A DNA stretch of 64,000 bases from an uncultured delta proteobacterium. GTDB taxonomy: Bacteria > Desulfobacterota > Binatia > UBA9968. The notes beneath the pieces are model-generated. The model searched no databases, had not been told where the DNA came from, and saw only the letters and a program-made list of their open reading frames with translations. Location: positions 134,588 through 198,587 of the forward strand of contig CAVYTU010000006.1 of NCBI GenBank assembly GCA_963771465.1, written 5' to 3'. Shown here one piece after another: positions 1-10,323 of the stretch. The position numbers were made by a program, and so were the translations under genes. The number at the start of each line of letters is the position of its first letter. Position 1 is the first letter of the stretch.

Positions 1-559
1 TTGCTGAGGACTCCTCTAGCGACGGATCCATCGAGCGCAGGGCGCCCGCCAACAATAGAAACATCACCGGCACTTGGCGCAGACCTGCTACCAAAATCAT
101 TCCATACATCGAATGGATATCCAGTGGCGACTGGCTCAAACTCAAAGTCTTGATCAGCGCCAAGTTAATGAGTCCGATGCGAGGATGAAGCAGCATTATC
201 CAGGCGATCGAAGCGATCATGCCGGGGACGATCGTCGCCACGATGGCCATTACGTAAGCGAGGTTACGAAGCGGCGTGTTGGTGCGCTCGACCAACCACG
301 CCATCATAAACGCAAAGAAGAAAGCGAAGAGCGTGCTTCCCGTCGCGAAAACTAAACTGTTTTTTAAGAGCGGATAAAGCGCAGGATCGGCATACGCTTT
401 GGAGAAGTTGACGAAAGTTAATGCACCGGGAACGCCGGGCGGAGTGGTTTTCAAACTGTTCCAAATGAGCATGCCGAGGGGTGTCAGCACGAGATAAACA
501 ACCAACATGCTGACGCAAAACAGAAATAACCTGTCGGATGGGATTTTTTGTCTTGCCAT
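1..559 (-). CDS. Iron(III)/thiamine-type ABC transporter permease (FbpB-like), 3' part runs off the window
   Basis: Absent from the ORF track because it has no stop in the window. Manual translation from ATG at 559: MARQKIPSDRLFLFCVSMLVVYLVLTPLGMLIWNSL...AWLVERTNTPLR...LRSMDPSLEESSA (EAA loop). Lies downstream of an SBP on the same strand. Confidence 0.85.
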   Translation of the reverse strand, partial: MARQKIPSDRLFLFCVSMLVVYLVLTPLGMLIWNSLKTTPPGVPGALTFVNFSKAYADPALYPLLKNSLVFATGSTLFAFFFAFMMAWLVERTNTPLRNLAYVMAIVATIVPGMIASIAWIMLLHPRIGLINLALIKTLSLSQSPLDIHSMYGMILVAGLRQVPVMFLLLAGALRSMDPSLEESSA

Positions 560-761
560 CGTAAGCACGTAGGACTTTAGCGATGAAGCGACTGTTGAGC
601 CGAGTTATTGACGCCTTGGCAAGCGCGAGCAATATGCCTCGCCGGGCGATGCCCAAGGACCTGTGCCTTGAGATGCCGGCAAGCTCCACCTAATGACACA
701 ACCCGTCGTAAGGACGAAAGCGCTGCCACGTCTGCCGAGCCGGCGTGACCGGCGCGGCCAA

Positions 762-1817
762 CTATTTCAAGAATAAATCGCGCCAGATGCTTTCGGCCTC
801 GCTGCCGTACATCGCAATCTCGGGCGGAGGCACAGTGAGTTTCTGCCCGCGTACCGCGTCTGCCGTCGGGCCTTTAACCCGGGAGTCTGGAACCAAGCGG
901 CCGGTGACATCCGTAAATGTTTGCTGTCCTTCCAAAGACGTGAACCAGTTGGCAAACAGCAGCGCAGTGTTGGGGTGTGGCGCGCGCTCGGCAATCAGTA
1001 GCGGGGTGGCCTTTGCCAAAATAGGATTGGTTCGCAACCACTCAACCGGCGCGCCTTTCTTCTGATACTGGAGAACACGGTAGAGATTGAGCCGTAGATC
1101 AATCTTGAATGCGCCGGCGCCGAGCATCTCGAGCCGTGCGGTTTGACCTGCGCCAAAAACGATTTCGTTTTTGGCGAGCGCCCTTAAATAATTAATAGCC
1201 TTTTCCTTGCCCCAGGCGGCCCACAGCATGAGCACCCACTCTGCGGCATCCCGATCCATCGATATGGAGCCGCGCCATTTTGGGTTGAGAAGATCATCCC
1301 AGTTTTTCGGCGCTTCGGCGGCGGAGACTAGATTTGTGTTGTAAACCACCACGATGCCGTTGATGTTGCTGGCAACCCAATAACCTTCGGGATCTTTGTG
1401 CTGGGGCGACCAAGTCGAGGTGTTGGGCCAACCGTACTTTTTTGCCAGGCCGGCTTTTTTGAGCTCTGAAATCAGGTTGATCTCGCTCGATGCGATATCA
1501 ACGTTTTGAATTCCGGCTCTCGCTTCGGACATCATTTTTTGATGCAGCTGCGAATCCTCCGAAGCGCGCCAGTATTCAACATTCAAGAATGGATATCTTT
1601 GCTTAAATTTAGCGAACATTTGCTCCAATTCGTTGGCGGTCCAGCCGTTGATCCAGAAAGCCAGCTTGCCTTCTTTTTTGGCGCCCTCGACCAGCCGTGC
1701 TTCGCTTGGCGTTTCGGCCGGCGGCGATGCCGCGAGCACTTTTGCGATCACTGCAAAGTCAAATGTCAGAGCGGCCACAATTAGGAACCCACGCGATAGC
1801 ATTCCTCGCCTTTGCAT
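762..1817 (-). CDS. ABC transporter substrate-binding protein (Fe3+/thiamine/polyamine class)
   Basis: Signal peptide and motifs GAKKEGKL, YNTNLV..APKNWDDLLNPKWRG, APHPNTALLF. Start moved to the ATG at 1817 behind an AGGAGG RBS. Confidence 0.85.
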   Translation of the reverse strand: MQRRGMLSRGFLIVAALTFDFAVIAKVLAASPPAETPSEARLVEGAKKEGKLAFWINGWTANELEQMFAKFKQRYPFLNVEYWRASEDSQLHQKMMSEARAGIQNVDIASSEINLISELKKAGLAKKYGWPNTSTWSPQHKDPEGYWVASNINGIVVVYNTNLVSAAEAPKNWDDLLNPKWRGSISMDRDAAEWVLMLWAAWGKEKAINYLRALAKNEIVFGAGQTARLEMLGAGAFKIDLRLNLYRVLQYQKKGAPVEWLRTNPILAKATPLLIAERAPHPNTALLFANWFTSLEGQQTFTDVTGRLVPDSRVKGPTADAVRGQKLTVPPPEIAMYGSEAESIWRDLFLK

Positions 1818-1933
1818 CTTGAGTCCTCCTTTACAGCGGCACGAAGTTGACATGTTGGTCTTTCGGCGCAGCGCCGGATGGCTTGCGATATTTCCTACGA
1901 TGGACCAAACCGGCTTCATCGCAGATCATTTCT

Positions 1934-3916
1934 TCACGTAAATGCAGTTGTTCTGGCCGCTGCGATAATTTTCTCGGCGTCTTCCGGCAATAGGTATCTA
2001 TCCTCGACCAGCGCGCGCGCGGCGCGGCTTACCTTTTCCACATAGTCATTGTGGTCCTTGTAGCGCTCTTCGAGGGAAAGCCGCGGATCACCATTTTGGG
2101 TTCGTTCTTCCTTGCTTCGCGCGAACGGAATATAAGAGCCGAACAAACCGCAAAGCTCATCTTCGGCTAAACCCTCGCTCCAAAGATTCCATCCGGTATA
2201 AGTTGCCAGAGGCACTCGAGTCGCCGGCAAGCGAATACCCGCCAAATCGTTGCCATCGGCGTCTACCTTTGTCACCAAAATTTTGTATTCACCATTCTTG
2301 ATCTGTTGGGGCGGATGGACTGCGATTTTTCCGCGCCGAAGATCTGGACCATAGTCCAAGAACGATTGGCGATTGTACAACGCCGTGTAACGCACGCCGG
2401 GAATGTTGGGAAAACCGGTGGTCTTTTGCTGCGACGCCACCAAGGTGCCATCTTTCACACGTGGAAACTGACTCGGTGGAGGCAGTGTTCCTTCGCAGAC
2501 CCACCGATCCATCGCTACCATTAGAGCTCGCAGCACCTCACCATGAGGCAACGGGTTTGTGAGGTTCTGGGAATTGTACCGTTTGGGCACCAGACCAGGT
2601 GCAAACCGGTGCGGCGCACTCGAAATCACATAGATCCGCACTTTTTCAGGGACGGGTACGTCCTTGCCTTTTCCATCGGTATGCGCCAAGGCGCCGCGCT
2701 TTTGCCGGTATTCGGTAGAAGTCTGCACGTGCATGACGTAGGGATCGGTTCGCGGATGCTTGAGAATACCGTCCTTTCGGCCGGTCTGCGGATCTTTCAT
2801 TACGTTGTAGGCAAAAGGAAAAAGTTCCGGATCGAGTTGATCGTTGTGCTGCTGCGACGATGTTACAGGCCGGGCAAACTCGTAGTTGAGAAACATTCTT
2901 CCGCCGCCGGCGACGTAGGGGCAGACCGCCTCGAAAACTTGGCGGTGCGATTCGTCTTCATTGGCACCATGGTAAACAAGATCCCGAATGAACCTGGCAC
3001 TAACAGACCGGCCCCAAGCATAGGCGCGACGGATTCCGCGGTGATTTTCATCGGGCGCTAGCGGGTTCGGATTTCCTGCTTTGTCTTTCTTTTCATAGCG
3101 GAGGAAAGAAACCGTATCACGAACCGCGGCGAAGCCGAGCCCCAGGACCAAAGGATTCTTGGCCGTGTATATGAACTCATAGATATGATTGGGTTTGAAC
3201 CCGGAGCGGAGGTAGAGGTCCGTGGTACTCGGCCGAACCACTTCGTTTCCGGCGGGGTCTTTTTCGTAAGCGGCAAATTCCCAGTCTGAGTGGGGTATGG
3301 CGATGCGAGCGTCGTAGGATTTTTCTCGCACGGTCAATGACGCCGTCGATTTGTCGGTAGTAACGGTTTCGTAGCTTGCGATCCGAGGGTCGGCGCTCAG
3401 AGGCATGGAGAAAACTCCGTCTTCGTCGGCGACGATCTCGGTGCGAACTACGCCAACGATCTCTTTGCCTTTGTCCTTCGCCACGGGCACATCCATGACC
3501 ACGAAATTCTTGCCGCTCAGACCGCCATGCCATCCGCCCCAAACGATGGCGTAACCCTGGCGCATGAGAAAGCCGTTGCCGGCGTCTTTCAGCGTCGACG
3601 GGTCATTGTTCGACGGCGCATCATTGAGCAAAGCCAAGATATGCTTTCCCCCTCGGTTCGGAGGGTCGAAAAAAATCTTGCCGTTGCCTCGACTCATATC
3701 CACGGGCTTAAGAATATAAACATCGGCCGAGTATTCGACGCGGCGCCGTGAATTTGTCGGCGCCTTATCTAGATTGACAATGACTCTATTGAGAGGGTTC
3801 TTGGGATCCACTTCTCCGTAGACTTTGCCGACCAGCTTTTCATAGGCTCCCGTGATCGGAAACTCGTATCCTTCAGCAAACGGCTCTCGTGTATGTATGG
3901 CAATCTTGGTGATCAT
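1934..3916 (-). CDS. Alpha/beta-hydrolase-domain protein (Abhydrolase_10-like)
   Basis: Motifs GAYEKLVG..GEVDP, YAWGRSVSARF, VDADGNDLAGIRLP..PLATYTGWN, GDPRLSLEERY. Start at MITKIAI behind GAGGAGG. Confidence 0.75.
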   Translation of the reverse strand: MITKIAIHTREPFAEGYEFPITGAYEKLVGKVYGEVDPKNPLNRVIVNLDKAPTNSRRRVEYSADVYILKPVDMSRGNGKIFFDPPNRGGKHILALLNDAPSNNDPSTLKDAGNGFLMRQGYAIVWGGWHGGLSGKNFVVMDVPVAKDKGKEIVGVVRTEIVADEDGVFSMPLSADPRIASYETVTTDKSTASLTVREKSYDARIAIPHSDWEFAAYEKDPAGNEVVRPSTTDLYLRSGFKPNHIYEFIYTAKNPLVLGLGFAAVRDTVSFLRYEKKDKAGNPNPLAPDENHRGIRRAYAWGRSVSARFIRDLVYHGANEDESHRQVFEAVCPYVAGGGRMFLNYEFARPVTSSQQHNDQLDPELFPFAYNVMKDPQTGRKDGILKHPRTDPYVMHVQTSTEYRQKRGALAHTDGKGKDVPVPEKVRIYVISSAPHRFAPGLVPKRYNSQNLTNPLPHGEVLRALMVAMDRWVCEGTLPPPSQFPRVKDGTLVASQQKTTGFPNIPGVRYTALYNRQSFLDYGPDLRRGKIAVHPPQQIKNGEYKILVTKVDADGNDLAGIRLPATRVPLATYTGWNLWSEGLAEDELCGLFGSYIPFARSKEERTQNGDPRLSLEERYKDHNDYVEKVSRAARALVEDRYLLPEDAEKIIAAARTTAFT

Positions 3917-4217
3917 AGGTTGAGTATGAACCTCCTCTTGCGTCGGTGAGAGTTGGACGATGATCGCGGCGAACTGTACTCGGGCTCGTGGTTCTTTGTC
4001 AAACCGTGGCAGCGAAAAAAAGCGCCTGCTCTGTCGCTTAACTTTTCGAAAAGGAGTTCGGTTTTTCCGCGGTCTCATGCCGTAGAAATTCCTCGGCACG
4101 CTCTGCAGTCGCGCTCCGCTCGTAATAAACGAAAACGCTGAGAGTCGGCATCAGGCTTTTTCTTCTGCTTTGACTAGCGTTTCACCTACTAGAAATGCTT
4201 CAATACTCACAGCATTT

Positions 4218-5255
4218 ATGCGCCGCGGTTACTCTGCAATCTTTTTTTTGATCTTGGTCATCGCCTGTGCGGGTGTGGAAAACGAGCCGATCGCCGGGCA
4301 ACCCGCGCATCATTTGGTGGGCGGGTTTCGTAATACCAATTCGGATTTCCGCCGACCTTCCGCATGGACGCGCTGGAGTTTCGTTGTGCGCCGATTGTGG
4401 ACGGGTGCCATCTCACCGCGGAGCTTCGTTGCGCCGCGCGTCGCCAATGACGGCGCCATCCTGCGCACCGGCAGTGTGAATCCGAGCATAACCTGGATCG
4501 GCCACTCGACCCTGTTGGTCCAGATCAATGGCGTCAATATTTTAACCGACCCGCAGTGGAGCGAACGAGCAAGTCCGGTGTCTTGGGGCGGCCCGCGCCG
4601 CCTGAGCCCTCCCGGACTCGCATTCGAAGATTTGCCGCGCATCGATGTTGTCTTGATCTCTCACGATCACTACGACCATTTAGATCTAAACACCGTGAAG
4701 CGCCTTGCCGCGGCGCGCGATCCACTCTTTTTGGTTCCGCTCGGTCTCAAGGCGTGGTTTGCCGAGAACGGCATGACACGGGTCGAAGAGTTGGACTGGT
4801 GGCAGGAGCGCGAATATCGCGCCGTGAAATTCGTCTGCGTGCCGGCGCAGCATTTTTCTCAACGAACATTGTCGGACGCCAACGAACGACTCTGGGCGTC
4901 ATGGGCCATGGCGAGCCCCGAGCGACGGCTTTATTTCTCGGGCGATACCGGTTATTTCCCGGGATTCAAAGAAGCCGGTCAGCGGCTCGGTCCGTTCGAC
5001 GTCGCGGCGCTCGCCATCGGCGCCTATCTACCTCCAGAAATCATGAAAGCCGTGCATCTCACACCGGAAGAAGCGGTGCAGGCGTTCATCGACCTCAAAG
5101 CCCGCACGCTCCTCGGCATCCACTGGGGCACCTTCGATCTTGCGGACGAGCCGCTCGACGAGCCACCGCAACGTCTGCTAGCCGATATCCGCCGCCGCAA
5201 CATCGATTCGTCACGCGCCTGGATCTTCAAGCTCGGCGAAACGCGTGCCTGGTAA
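4218..5255 (+). CDS. MBL-fold metallo-hydrolase (NAPE-PLD/RomA-like), probably exported
   Basis: Motifs ITWIGHST, SHDHYDHLD, PAQHFS, YFSGDTG, IHWGTF. Hydrophobic N-terminus ending in Cys. Confidence 0.85.
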   Translation: MRRGYSAIFFLILVIACAGVENEPIAGQPAHHLVGGFRNTNSDFRRPSAWTRWSFVVRRLWTGAISPRSFVAPRVANDGAILRTGSVNPSITWIGHSTLLVQINGVNILTDPQWSERASPVSWGGPRRLSPPGLAFEDLPRIDVVLISHDHYDHLDLNTVKRLAAARDPLFLVPLGLKAWFAENGMTRVEELDWWQEREYRAVKFVCVPAQHFSQRTLSDANERLWASWAMASPERRLYFSGDTGYFPGFKEAGQRLGPFDVAALAIGAYLPPEIMKAVHLTPEEAVQAFIDLKARTLLGIHWGTFDLADEPLDEPPQRLLADIRRRNIDSSRAWIFKLGETRAW

Positions 5256-5402
5256 AATCAATTCAGAAAGTTCAGCTGGCAGCAAGATTAACAGCTGCTG
5301 GCAGTGGGATCGGCTAGCGTGGTCAGACGAATATCAGTATGATGCGTTGGAGTTTTTGGGAAGGGAACGGGCTTAAATTGTTATGCAGTTAAGGAGGACA
5401 AC

Positions 5403-6410
5403 ATGCAGAGATTTGTTATCGCTCTGTTAGCGGCTTTGGCTTTCTGGGCGGCGCCACTATTAGCTCGTGCCGCCAGCCCCGAAACTATCGAAGGCGCAAA
5501 GAAAGAGGGAGAGGTCGTCTGGTACGGCGGCGGCTCAGGCGAGATTGATGAAGTTCTCGGCAAGAATTTTTCCAAAAAATATCCGTTTCTCCAGGTAAAG
5601 AAGTCGCGCATCCAGAGCCAGCGGCTGCTCGTCCGTTTTGAGGCCGAAAGCAGAGCGGGAAAACATATCGCCGATATCGTACGCACCACCGATTGGTACA
5701 TCGACCTCTTTAAGCAAAAGGGTCTCTTGATGAAGTATGAATCACCCGAAAGAAAAGCCTTCGTCAACGAGCTTAAAGACCGTGACGGATTTTACACAGC
5801 TCTCTACAAGCAACTTCATGCCATCGCCTACAACACCCGAATGGTGCGCAAGCAGGACTTGCCCCGTTCCTATGACGGCTTGCTGGACCCTAAATGGAAA
5901 GGACAGATGGGGTTGGAAGACGCCGCTTATGTGTGGTTCGTCAATATGCTGAAGATCAGAGGAGAGAGTCAGGGAATCGATTTCATGAAGAGGCTCGCGC
6001 GCCAGAACGTGAGCCTGCGCTCAGGCACTACGCTGCTGACCAATTTGGTCGTGGCGGGAGAAATTCCTCTCGTGATCGACATCTACGCCTACACGGTCGA
6101 CCGCGCAAAAAAGAACGGCGCGCCGATAGACTTTCATGTTGTCGAACCCGCGATCGTGCACACGATTGCCGGCGGCATCAGCAAGAACGCGCCGCATCCC
6201 AACGCCGCCAAGCTCTTCATGGATTATTTGCTGTCTGAGGAAGGTCAACGAACCTATCTCTCCGAGAGCCTTGAGCCGGCGCGGACCGGAATGGATCCGG
6301 CGTGGGTGCCCAAGGGGATTAAGCTTCACGTCAATAGCCCCGAGATCGGCGACAAGATTGGTTACTATCAAAAACTTTTTGCCGACATCTTCGGCGCGGC
6401 GGCTAGCTAG
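5403..6410 (+). CDS. ABC transporter substrate-binding protein (Fe3+/polyamine class)
   Basis: Signal peptide, GAKKEGEVVWY, YNT..LPRSYDGLLDPKWKG, APHPNAAKLFMDYLLS. Strong AAGGAGG RBS. Confidence 0.85.
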   Translation: MQRFVIALLAALAFWAAPLLARAASPETIEGAKKEGEVVWYGGGSGEIDEVLGKNFSKKYPFLQVKKSRIQSQRLLVRFEAESRAGKHIADIVRTTDWYIDLFKQKGLLMKYESPERKAFVNELKDRDGFYTALYKQLHAIAYNTRMVRKQDLPRSYDGLLDPKWKGQMGLEDAAYVWFVNMLKIRGESQGIDFMKRLARQNVSLRSGTTLLTNLVVAGEIPLVIDIYAYTVDRAKKNGAPIDFHVVEPAIVHTIAGGISKNAPHPNAAKLFMDYLLSEEGQRTYLSESLEPARTGMDPAWVPKGIKLHVNSPEIGDKIGYYQKLFADIFGAAAS

Positions 6411-6444
6411 TGTACCGAGAGCCTTCCATCCAGAGGAACTGAAG

Positions 6445-8142
6445 ATGGGCTATGACTTGGTGTTTCGTGGTGGTCGCGTAGTGGATGGTTCCGGTTTACC
6501 GTCCTACCTAGCCGATGTCGCGATCAAGGACGGAAAGATCGTTGAGATTGGGCGGGTGCAAGAAAACAGCAACAGAACCATCGACGTGCATGGGATGGTC
6601 GTTGCGCCGGGATTCATCGATCATCACACCCATATGGATGCTCAGATCCAATGGGATCCTTACGCCACCGCTGAGCCCGAGCATGGCATCACATCTATTG
6701 TCATGGGCAACGATGGTTTGGCGCTTGCTCCTGTGAAGAGCGGCGACGAACACGAACTGCTAACCAGTTTTGTGCGATTTGAGGCGATGCCGCGTGACGC
6801 TTTGGAAAAAGGCATTCCGTGGGGCTGGCATTCCTATGGTGATTATCTTGACGGTTTGGAAGGCCGCCTAGGGATCAACGTTGGTGGCTTGGTGGGCCAC
6901 ATACCGATACGTCATTGGGTGATGGGCCAGGAAGCCGCTGACCGTGCCGCGAAACCGGCGGAAATCCAAAGCATGAAACAGTTGGTGACCGAGGCAATGA
7001 AAGGCGGCGCGCTCGGCTTTTCAACCAATCGTAACGAGAGACACATGCAAGAGGGCAGCAAGCCCATACCCAGTGGGCTCGCCGACGACGAGGAATTCTT
7101 CACCTTGTGCGATGCTCTGGGAGAGTTGAACGCCGGCGTGATCCAGTCCCATCTGGGACAGCATAAGATCAGTCAATTCGAAACATACGATCGGCTGGTT
7201 CGTCGTACCGGCCGCCCAAGCATAGGACAACCGGTCGTGCACCGTGCGGCTGCGCCGGAGCGTTGGAAGCAGCAGCTCAACGCTGTCGCGCCGACGTTTC
7301 GTGACGGCTATCTTCCCTACCTGCGCACCAATACGATTCCCGATTTTCAACATTTTACATTGAAGAACGCCCGAGCCTTCGACCAGTTCGAGACGTGGAA
7401 GAACCTGATGTTCGAGGAGGAAGAAACGCGCAAGCGAGCCTTCGGCGATCCGCAAATCCGCCATCGGTTGCGCGAGGAACTAGAAAGTCCTCGGCAAACG
7501 GCGTTTCGTCGTGTGTGGGATACTGTAACGGTCGCGGCGGTGGCAAACCCGCAGAACCAGAAGTACGCAGGAAAGAGTGTAGAAGAAGTTGGCAGGATAC
7601 GAAATCAAGATCCCCTGGATGCTTTTCTCGACTTGGCGCTGGAGGAAAATCTGGAAACCACCTTCGGAAAATACGACTCCGGAGGCGACGCAAAAGCGAT
7701 GGCTGAGATTCTGCGGAGTCCTTACATCCTGGTGGGAAATTCAGACGCTGGCTCCAAGGTTCAGGTTTCCGCTGACAACGGGTACTGCACGACTTTATTG
7801 GGGTTGTGGGTACGGGAAGAGCGAGTGATGAGTTTGGAGCAGGCCATTCACAAGCTCACCTTTATGGTGGCATCCGTATACGGGCTCGAAGGCAGAGGGT
7901 TGCTGCGCCCCGGATATGCAGCCGATCTCGCGATCTTCGATGCCGCTACGGTGAACGCCGGAGAGGTGGAGTGGCTCCATGACTTTCCCGCCAACACGAA
8001 GCGCTTGATTCACCGTTCTGTTGGGATGCACTACGTCGTCGTCAACGGTCGAGTCATCTATCAGGACGGCAGGTTGACGGGTGATTTACCGGGCCAGGTC
8101 CTTCGTGGCGCCGCCTACAGGGCCGCTGGAGCTGCGGCGTGA
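6445..8142 (+). CDS. Amidohydrolase, N-acyl-D-amino-acid deacylase family
   Basis: Starts MGYDLVFRGGRVVDGSG; motifs APGFIDHHTH, SDAG, GLLRPGYAADL, VVVNG. True start is at 6445; the ORF-track extension overlaps the upstream gene. Confidence 0.85.
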   Translation: MGYDLVFRGGRVVDGSGLPSYLADVAIKDGKIVEIGRVQENSNRTIDVHGMVVAPGFIDHHTHMDAQIQWDPYATAEPEHGITSIVMGNDGLALAPVKSGDEHELLTSFVRFEAMPRDALEKGIPWGWHSYGDYLDGLEGRLGINVGGLVGHIPIRHWVMGQEAADRAAKPAEIQSMKQLVTEAMKGGALGFSTNRNERHMQEGSKPIPSGLADDEEFFTLCDALGELNAGVIQSHLGQHKISQFETYDRLVRRTGRPSIGQPVVHRAAAPERWKQQLNAVAPTFRDGYLPYLRTNTIPDFQHFTLKNARAFDQFETWKNLMFEEEETRKRAFGDPQIRHRLREELESPRQTAFRRVWDTVTVAAVANPQNQKYAGKSVEEVGRIRNQDPLDAFLDLALEENLETTFGKYDSGGDAKAMAEILRSPYILVGNSDAGSKVQVSADNGYCTTLLGLWVREERVMSLEQAIHKLTFMVASVYGLEGRGLLRPGYAADLAIFDAATVNAGEVEWLHDFPANTKRLIHRSVGMHYVVVNGRVIYQDGRLTGDLPGQVLRGAAYRAAGAAA

Positions 8143-8188
8143 TAGGCGCGGCCGCTGAATCGGAACATCATAAGTCAGTGCGGCAACC

Positions 8189-8782
8189 ATGCATTCAATT
8201 TCTGTAATGGCGCGAATCGCGATCGTTGTGATCTCAATCCTTTTGCGCCCGCTGTACGCGGCTTCGAATGCGCCTTTTACTTTGCAGGATTTTCAGACCA
8301 GAGCAGCTTTTGAGCTGACGGTTCATGACTCGAAGCCGCTGCCGTCGGGCAGCAGCAAGCTCGCAACTCAAAGCGCGTTTGTCACGCTTGCACACGGTTT
8401 GGTCCCGGGAAATTCCGACGGACTCGAAATCCAATTCCTTCCTGCGGCAATCACGGAGAAAGTTAAAGCCGACATACTGGAGAATGACGCCAAGGAATCG
8501 AAAAAAACCAGCTACGCCGCTTTCGTCCTCTTTATCGGTAAGGACAATAAGATCTGGCAGGCGAATTTGAGTTATGTAGTACCAGGTACGACAGTGGCGA
8601 GAACCGTGGCGTGGAAATCCGAGGAGCTGCAAAGATATTTTTCTGACTATAGATTCGACGGGAAGCGGCTGGCTCTGAAAAGCAAGGGAAGCTATTCCGA
8701 GTCAGAAAAGGGTGTCGAGAAATTAAGACTGTCCTGGGATGTGGATCTGAATCTTCCCGTCGTTCGTGAAGTTAAGCGCTGA
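8189..8782 (+). CDS. Hypothetical exported protein
   Basis: 197-aa ORF with a signal-peptide-like N-terminus and beta-rich composition; no family recognised. Confidence 0.6.
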   Translation: MHSISVMARIAIVVISILLRPLYAASNAPFTLQDFQTRAAFELTVHDSKPLPSGSSKLATQSAFVTLAHGLVPGNSDGLEIQFLPAAITEKVKADILENDAKESKKTSYAAFVLFIGKDNKIWQANLSYVVPGTTVARTVAWKSEELQRYFSDYRFDGKRLALKSKGSYSESEKGVEKLRLSWDVDLNLPVVREVKR

Positions 8783-8888
8783 AGCGATTCGCTGGTTTTG
8801 GATGATCACATCGCCAAGCAATTTGGCATTGAAGCGACGAGGCATGCCGGCGGTCGTCCGCAGCGAAAGTGAAAGACTCCCGACCCCT
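8783..8888 (+). mobile_element. Probable remnant of a REP-associated tyrosine transposase (RAYT) 3' end plus REP-like motif
   Basis: Reads SDSLVLDDHIAKQFGIEATRHAGGRPQRK*, resembling as I recall RAYT C-termini (..IAxxLGLExTxRxxGRPxK*), immediately followed by AAGACTCCCGACCCCT. Confidence 0.4.
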
Positions 8889-8923
8889 CTTCATTCTGGA
8901 GATGCTACCTAGTCCATTTACCT

Positions 8924-10000
8924 TTACCTTTGCGGTAACGGGTCGGGGCCGGTGAGCTTTTTGAATAGCTCTACGGCTTCCCGGTCGCGGGGCATGTCTT
9001 TGATCGTTTGTTCCAACTCCTCCGGCATTTGCGGTTCGGCCTTTAGGCCGGTGAGCTTTGTATACTCCTTAAGAAACTCAGGGTCTCGATAAGTCTTGCG
9101 CATCGCTTCCTGCAGAATCTGGACTCGGTCTTTCGGCGTGCCCGGGGGCAGAATAAATGGATTGCCGCTGCCGACGAAGGTGCGATAGAGCCGAACAATT
9201 TTTCGGTCCATCTCGGACCGGGCAAAGCTCTCGATGTCGGTAAGTTGGCCAAAGCGGGGATGGCTGTGTTTTCGTCCCTTCGGAATTTCGATAATCCCGT
9301 GGAAGTCCATAAGACCTTTATCGACCCATTGAGGTTTCTCGTGTAGGAGAGAGTCCGCCACGGTTGTCCTGGCGTCTATCTCACCCTGATCGATAGCGAC
9401 ATCGAGTTCGGGTGAGCTGTATCCGGTGACGAATCTGGGTTGCTTCAACCCCATCAGGTAGGCAAAGAATCGGCCGGAGATATAGATCAGGTGTCCCACT
9501 GACTGGGAGCCGATTTTCGTGCCTGAAGCCGCGCGCAGTTTCTCGAGACTGTCGAGGCCGGCTTCCCTGCGCGATATGAAGACATGGTAGCCGCCGCTAT
9601 AGCTGGTCCCCAGATAGCTCACCTTATCGATGTCATAGAGAATCCCACTCTCGCCGAGGATGGGTTGCATCACGAACGGCGTCGACATGCGGCCAATGGT
9701 CAGGCCGTCCGGACGGACCGAATTAAAAATGTGGTTGGCGGCCTTCCGCCCACCGCCGCCATCCATGTACTGAACCACAATGGTGGGATTTCCGGGAATA
9801 TGCTTGTGGAGAAAAGGTACAACTGCTTTGGTCCGCATGCTCCCAACTCCGCCGGGCGCGCTACTCTCGAGGATGGTAACCGTTTTCCCTTGAAAGAAAG
9901 AAGTTTGCGGAAAAGCGACACCGCCGATGAAGAGGCCGAGCAGTAATGCACCAAGAGAGATATTGAGAAACATCACCGATTTGGATCTGTCGTGTCTCAT
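8924..10000 (-). CDS. Tripartite tricarboxylate transporter (Bug/TctC)-like substrate-binding protein
   Basis: Motifs FFQGKTVTI, HIPGNPTIVVQYMDGGGGRKAANH, PDGLTIG, LPPGTPKDRVQIL. Confidence 0.8.
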   Translation of the reverse strand: MRHDRSKSVMFLNISLGALLLGLFIGGVAFPQTSFFQGKTVTILESSAPGGVGSMRTKAVVPFLHKHIPGNPTIVVQYMDGGGGRKAANHIFNSVRPDGLTIGRMSTPFVMQPILGESGILYDIDKVSYLGTSYSGGYHVFISRREAGLDSLEKLRAASGTKIGSQSVGHLIYISGRFFAYLMGLKQPRFVTGYSSPELDVAIDQGEIDARTTVADSLLHEKPQWVDKGLMDFHGIIEIPKGRKHSHPRFGQLTDIESFARSEMDRKIVRLYRTFVGSGNPFILPPGTPKDRVQILQEAMRKTYRDPEFLKEYTKLTGLKAEPQMPEELEQTIKDMPRDREAVELFKKLTGPDPLPQR

Positions 10001-10323
10001 ATGCACCCCCCGTAACATGAGAACTCCGATTTTCGTCAACTCTGTTCCCGTGATCATTCGGCAAACCGCGATAACTTGAGGCCGGACTAACACCTTCGAA
10101 AAAACGTGTCAATGAGACAATTGTTAGAAACGTTATGTTTCTTGCTCCCAGAAATTGTTTTGGGATACCGAGAGCATACGCCGTTGCTATTTTTCTACGA
10201 CAAATGGGACGCGGCCACATTTTAACTTGCGTCAATTGCGGCTCGCCAGATAATCACGCGCTTTAAAAGGCTTGTATCTTTTTCTTTTTCAGAGAAATAT
10301 GGCTCGCACGGCGAAGGAGAAAG

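Noticed and set aside
74-689. ORFs 74..355 (+) and 264..689 (-)
   Set aside because: Shadow frames of the minus-strand permease at 1..559.
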